Assembly: GCA_051294375.1 (NCBI GenBank)
Contig: CM119265.1
Span: 25,218,139-25,282,138, forward strand
Direction of reading: 5' to 3'
Length of the DNA stretch: 64,000 nt
From: Paraspadella gotoi
Lineage: Eukaryota > Animalia > Chaetognatha
The notes under the pieces were generated by a model. It was not told the origin of the DNA. It ran no database searches and saw nothing but the letters and a program-made list of their open reading frames with translations. The first letter of the stretch is position 1; every line of letters starts with the position of its first letter. Shown in pieces: positions 58,671 through 64,000 of the stretch. A program made the position numbers and the translations under genes.

Positions 58671-61600
58671 GAGTGTGATCCTTATTTATACCGGAGATTA
58701 AATTTTACTTCTCCTTTTATCGTCGCACGAACGTCGAGAGAAAAGAGAAAAAAAAATGTGAGAAATAATAAAATATAAATAAAAAAAACAATCGAAGAAG
58801 CATAAGAGCCTTAAAATGAAAAATAGAGAGAGAGGACAGGTTGGAGGGTGAGAGGGAGTGGAGAGTGGAGAGAGAGAGAGAGGGAGAAGAGATGAAAGGA
58901 GGGAAAAAGGAAAGAATGAGATCTGTGGCTGACAACAAATGTGAAACATCGAAAAGATCCTGTGGGAAGAAAATGGGAATCTTAATATGTTGAATCAGCG
59001 ACTGGTGTACATATTTCGTCTTAAGTATCATAAGTGTATACTAAAATTTGCTCCTTATTCTTAATAATAATTTGCGTTTATACTAAAATCTTTCAATCAC
59101 AATTATGCATTGTGAAAAAAACACTATTTTAAATCAATATTCACCATCACTTACGCCGACCACTTTTATCTTGGCCCTCATCACAATTCGCACATTGACA
59201 GAGGCAAGTGGGTTCTCTCTCTCTCTTTCCCCCTGTGTCTCACAGATAATTTCCCGGGCGGCGATTTTAAAGATTTGATGTTTTTTAAATCAACCAAAAA
59301 AAAGATTGAATTAAAATCTACGAGGTCATGTGACATTTCAAGGTCACGTGATGGCGCAACATTTGCGTCGGAAACTAAAATGCGACGCGAAAAGATTTTA
59401 AAAAAGCGGGAAGGCTTCTGTAGGACAGATTTATGAGGAAGAAGGAGAGATTTATGAAGAAGAGGAAGGATTTGCGCTGGGAAAAGGATGAATTTTGGAG
59501 AACGGCGGGATTAAGTAAGACAGGAGAGAATCCAATTGAGGAAAAAAAAGTAGGGATTAAGATGCCAAGTTTAAATACATCAGATTAAAATCTATAACGT
59601 TAATTAATACATAGATTTCCTTTCCACACCGAAATATTTTTTTTACAATTAAATTCCTTTTTCTTCACTTTTAATTGCGTTTGTAGAAACTTTTAGCGAA
59701 GCTGTGAATGTGGCCAGTCTTTTACAATCCCATCATTTGTGGCGTGGGCGCGAACTAGCGGGCCAACGAGAGTCGACGCCAAGGTGAAAGCTCCGGTGGG
59801 CGGGTCTCTTTTATGGGCGACAGTGGGCGGGGCCAATAGTGGCCGGAATGACGGTGTAGGGAAAATTAGTAAGAAAATCTGTGGCGTTGATGACGCGAAT
59901 TAAATGACGCACTTTGTGGCGCGAATTAAAAGCTACGGTTTTTAGGGATTCCCAGCTGTAAGGGAGTTTAGTGTATTTACATTTACTGTCTAAAATAGTC
60001 AAATCTAATTGTTAAACCTTTAATTTAACCCTTAATGTAAAAACTAATTTAATTCCGAATTTAATATGAAATAAAACGTTTTTGGAAAAAAGGCCAAAAT
60101 CTCCATAAAATGGATTAAACGGTTCGATGCGATGATAAGTCAAGGGGTCATTCGCTTTGTCGCGTGATGAGAAAAATCGATTCAACGGGAAAAACGAAAC
60201 AAAGAAACAATGAGGAAAACAATGAAATAAAAAAAAACGAATCAGAAGGGAAACTGGTAGAGAAATTATCGACTGAAAAAAAAACTCGGAAAAAAAGATA
60301 TTGAAAGGCGAATGTAGAAAAAAATCAACCGCGGTCTTATTATAACACTAATGTAATGAATCATTATGAATCATTATAGATATTGTTATAGTTATAGATA
60401 TAGTTATAGATCAGGCGTTGTTGTCGTCACAAAGTTTTGTTCTTATTTGAAATGTTGTAAATTAACGAATTTTCTCAAGCCCGAGTTTTTGAGACCCTCG
60501 GCTCAAAGAATTAGGTAGTTTAATTTTGATTCATTTTATATCAACTAGGTACTTAAAAAGAAATGACAAAGACAAAAGCCTTTGTTTAGAAACAAAGCGA
60601 GAGTAGGTTATAACGAACTTGTTACATAAATCCAAAACAATAATAAAACGATAGACTTGAAGATAAAAAATGTTAAAATGTTAATAATAATAATAATTAA
60701 TAATCATAATAATAATAATAATTTATTTTAACGTCAAAGGAGAGAAAATAATATATTTTTTGGCTTATATTACGAATGATCATATTTTAAAAACATAAAA
60801 AGAGAGAAGAAAGCCGACGACGACGAAGGCTTCACTGAAGTTCGGTGAGAGTCACCAGAGTGAAACTTTTAAGTTTTCTTTCGCAATCAACCTTCTGAAA
60901 TGGATAAAATCTTCATGTTTCATAGTAGTCGCGCTTCTTTGTATCTTTTTATGGCGAGATTTTACTTTCGCCGACCGCGGTTTTGGCGCCTTTGTTACAA
61001 CAAATATAACATTATTCATTCATTCATTCATATAATCTTTTTAAAAATAGGTTAAAGTTTATCTAAATCGTCTTAAATTTTTCAACTTCTATCCGAGAAG
61101 AAAGTCACGCCTCCCGTTAGAAAAAAAGAATTCTGACCGTAACACCCGGTAGCTCGTTACAAGATTTTCGGGACTTGAGCGAAAGACGTGGGCGGGTTAA
61201 TGGATGGTAAGTCACGAGTGATGGACTCATTATCGGGAAGGTGGGTAGAGTAAGGGTAAGGGAAGGAAAGACCCAGAGTTGGAAGACAATAGACGAGGAA
61301 AGGAAAGGAAAGAAAAGGAAAGTAGCAAAAAAACAAGAACCTTCTCATCAAGCCTCACGTACCGGTACCGCGGTGTAATTTAGAGAAGGAAGTTCGATTG
61401 CTTGTATTCATGCAATCGAGTTATATTGATAAAACCATTTAATGTCAAATACGGTTCGATTTCAAAATAGGATCATACATCAGAACCCTTCAGTCGATAA
61501 TCGAAGGAAGAAAACCTCCGCATATTTTGAAAGTTTAAAACCATCAAAATCTGGAGCGGGCGTTAGGGGGTCGGTTGATTCTGTCCTGGCGGGAAAAGAC

Positions 61601-61764
61601 TATCGACGAAGATCACGATAATGAGGAGGCGGAACCGGGATGCGTGATGTAATCCGAAATTCGATGGGAGTGCCTCGCGCGGAATTTCGAAACGATTCTC
61701 AAAATTAACCGGGCATTTTTTTGGTCATAAAATTGCCGACTAATAGTGATAATAATAACGTTAT

Positions 61765-62043
61765 GTAGTCGGGCATTGCCTAGGTTCACCCCGCCTAGAA
61801 TCATGACACTTTCAGTTGTGACCCGGTGGCTGATTGAGTAAAGCCATCAGCTCATTGAGTAAAGCCATCAGCTCCCAACCCGGTACCTACCCTGCGGGAA
61901 GCGTGAGGACGGCCGTAAGCCGCCTTGGGGGCATGGCAAACCCTCAAGCCTGGTTCCAAGCCCAGGGACCCGTTCCATAGCTACTAGAGGGGGTTATGGA
62001 AGTTACGGACAGTCATCTTCAGCCCACGTAGCGCCTTATCCAC
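61765..62043 (-). mobile_element. Repeat family A copy with a short internal duplication
   Basis: Reverse complement of the 56046 element; ttgagtaaagccatcagctc occurs twice in tandem. Confidence 0.7.
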
Positions 62044-64000
62044 AGTTATAGCGTTAAAAAGAACAAATAGTGAAAAAAGAAAGTTGTAGTACTCGTAGCT
62101 TAAAAAAAAGGACAACGGGAGGATATTGACCTTTTACGCACTTTAAAACAGGACAAAGACTCTTTAAGACCTTAGACAATTGAGAGGTTGCAGGGCGAAC
62201 GGATGCCCTAGAGACGATGGCGATTCTCGATGGATCTACGAAGGAGGAAAAAGTAGGGTAAAGTTGGGGGGAAAGGGGGGTTATTATATGATGAGGGGGA
62301 GGGGGAGAGAGAGAGAGGAAACCTTTTCCAGAGAAGCGAGAGAAGGTAGAATAATTGGGGAGGCGGAAAAAAAAGATTAATAGAATGGAATAAGAAATAA
62401 TAATAAAGTTAAAAGGGAAAACTATGTCCTAAGTATAAACTTGAGTATAGAAAGGGAAGGACAGACAACCGGGATGAGATCAAGAAAAATGTAGGGTAAG
62501 GATAACAGCGGATCTTTCAAGCCCGGTTCACATGACAAGAAAGGACGAATTGTGAAGCGATTGAGACGAGAAAATAGCTTGGTGACGGAAGAGGCTGTGA
62601 GAAAGAGTGAGAGGGAGAGAAGGGGAGAGGGGTGAGAGAGAGAGTGAAACAAAGGAATGAACTGGGTTGACTCAAAAGTAGGAAAAAGCCAGGGGGCCCG
62701 GAGAGAAAGGGGGAAAACAAAACAAAAAAGAATGGTTAAACCACAAAAAATCGGGTGATCTGGAAAACATGTGAAAACCTTTCACGCTTCGTGAACCCCA
62801 GGAAACTCGAGTGGCCAAACGGAGCGAAAGGAAGAAAGTTATCAAAAACTTTGATCTTTTCCACAAAAGAAAACAAAAATCCGGCGAAGAAAGAAAAAAA
62901 AAACAAAAGATTCGGTTCAAAGATAAGAAAACAGAGAGAGAAGTTTTTGCTTGGGCGACTGGCGGTTTACTTCTCTAGAGAGGGGAGGAGGGAGAAGGGA
63001 GCGGAAACTGGGGGGGGTGAGGGAAGTCGACTCTCGAGTGTGAAAAAAATAAATCGAAAGACAAGACGAGTCGGGGTGAGAGGGAGGCGAAGCGAGAAGG
63101 GAGAAGCAAAGACGGGGAGTCGAAGATAAGGGAAAAACTCTCTCGAAGAAAAAAAAAGATTCTTTCATTTTAAACGATTATTCTAACCGATAATGACGCC
63201 TTTCGAGAAAAAAAAAAGAAAAGGAAAACCGTAAAAAATACGAAGCTAAATAGTGAATGAGGAAACTCGGGTCTGCTCTCTTTTTGTTTACAAGAAAAAG
63301 CCTCATTGTTTAAACTGTTAATTGATGTCTTTAACCCTTGGCAGTTCTGCACCGCTCGTAGAAGGTTGTTTTTAACCCCGTAATTTAAGTTTTTTTAAAA
63401 GACATATTGCCATGTATTTTTAAATAATAAGTATATAAAAATACGTTTTAAACCGATCTAAATAATATTAATATGATTATAAGACTAGAAACAGAAATCA
63501 TTCGTCACCCTCTCCCCGACCTTCTGTTATTTCTGTATCTCTATCGATTTTCGCGTCATCTCACGTCTTTTGGCTGTGAACCCATTCGCGACGTGACTGT
63601 ATCACGTGACACGTTTCGCTTCGTGATTTAGTCACGTGACGTACGAATGACATCCGCTCGTCGTCTAACGTTCGTTTCAAGTTTATCGATTTCGTGCCTC
63701 GAGTTCCCATCTCAACGTAAAATCGGAGACAAGAGTACAACTTTTGAATCAATGTCTCTTTAACATACATAGATTACATACATATTGAGGGAGTAAACAT
63801 GAGATTTAATAAGTAACTTAGGTGAATTAAAAAGTCAACGCTCGTAGTTTTATCATGGTGACCAGTGACCACGTATGTACTAAAAACCATTCTATTTAGA
63901 GATAACTTTGTTTGAAAAGTAAAAGAGTTTTATTTTGGTTGTTTTTTCATTAAGTTTCAACAACGATTATTATTTAATATCGGTCATGTTTCGGTTATTA

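Noticed and set aside
61157-61351. Hydrophobic-start ORF as first exon of the glycosyltransferase
   Set aside because: Plausible type II anchor, but no in-phase splice path to 58081 and the expected pre-IRxTWG motif exon was not found.

Overview
Eukaryotic (animal-like) genomic DNA from a gapped draft assembly: AT-rich, with many (GA/CT)n, (GTC)n and (CTTT)n microsatellites and at least 8 N-gaps. Most ORFs in the supplied track are microsatellite noise. Reading across GT-AG splice sites by hand gives four protein-coding genes: (1) a complete 8-exon, tail-anchored heme oxygenase homologue (14278-17454, +) with an altered distal-helix motif (GDLCAS in place of GDLSGG) and a Cys-rich insertion; (2) an MSS51/ZMYND17-like MYND-finger gene (18353-37986, +), with one exon probably lost in an N-gap; (3) a 774-aa XK-related membrane protein gene nested on the same strand in the last intron of gene 2 (34956-37555); (4) an intron-rich GT31 beta-1,3-galactosyltransferase gene (47033-58081, -; 5' end not found). 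Candidate antisense spliced units lie in the large MSS51 intron. A ~9.5 kb imperfect palindrome (38774-48250) duplicates the 3' end of the glycosyltransferase and may be an assembly artefact. Several short interspersed repeat families and minisatellites are also present. All family assignments come from motif recognition by eye; no database search was run.
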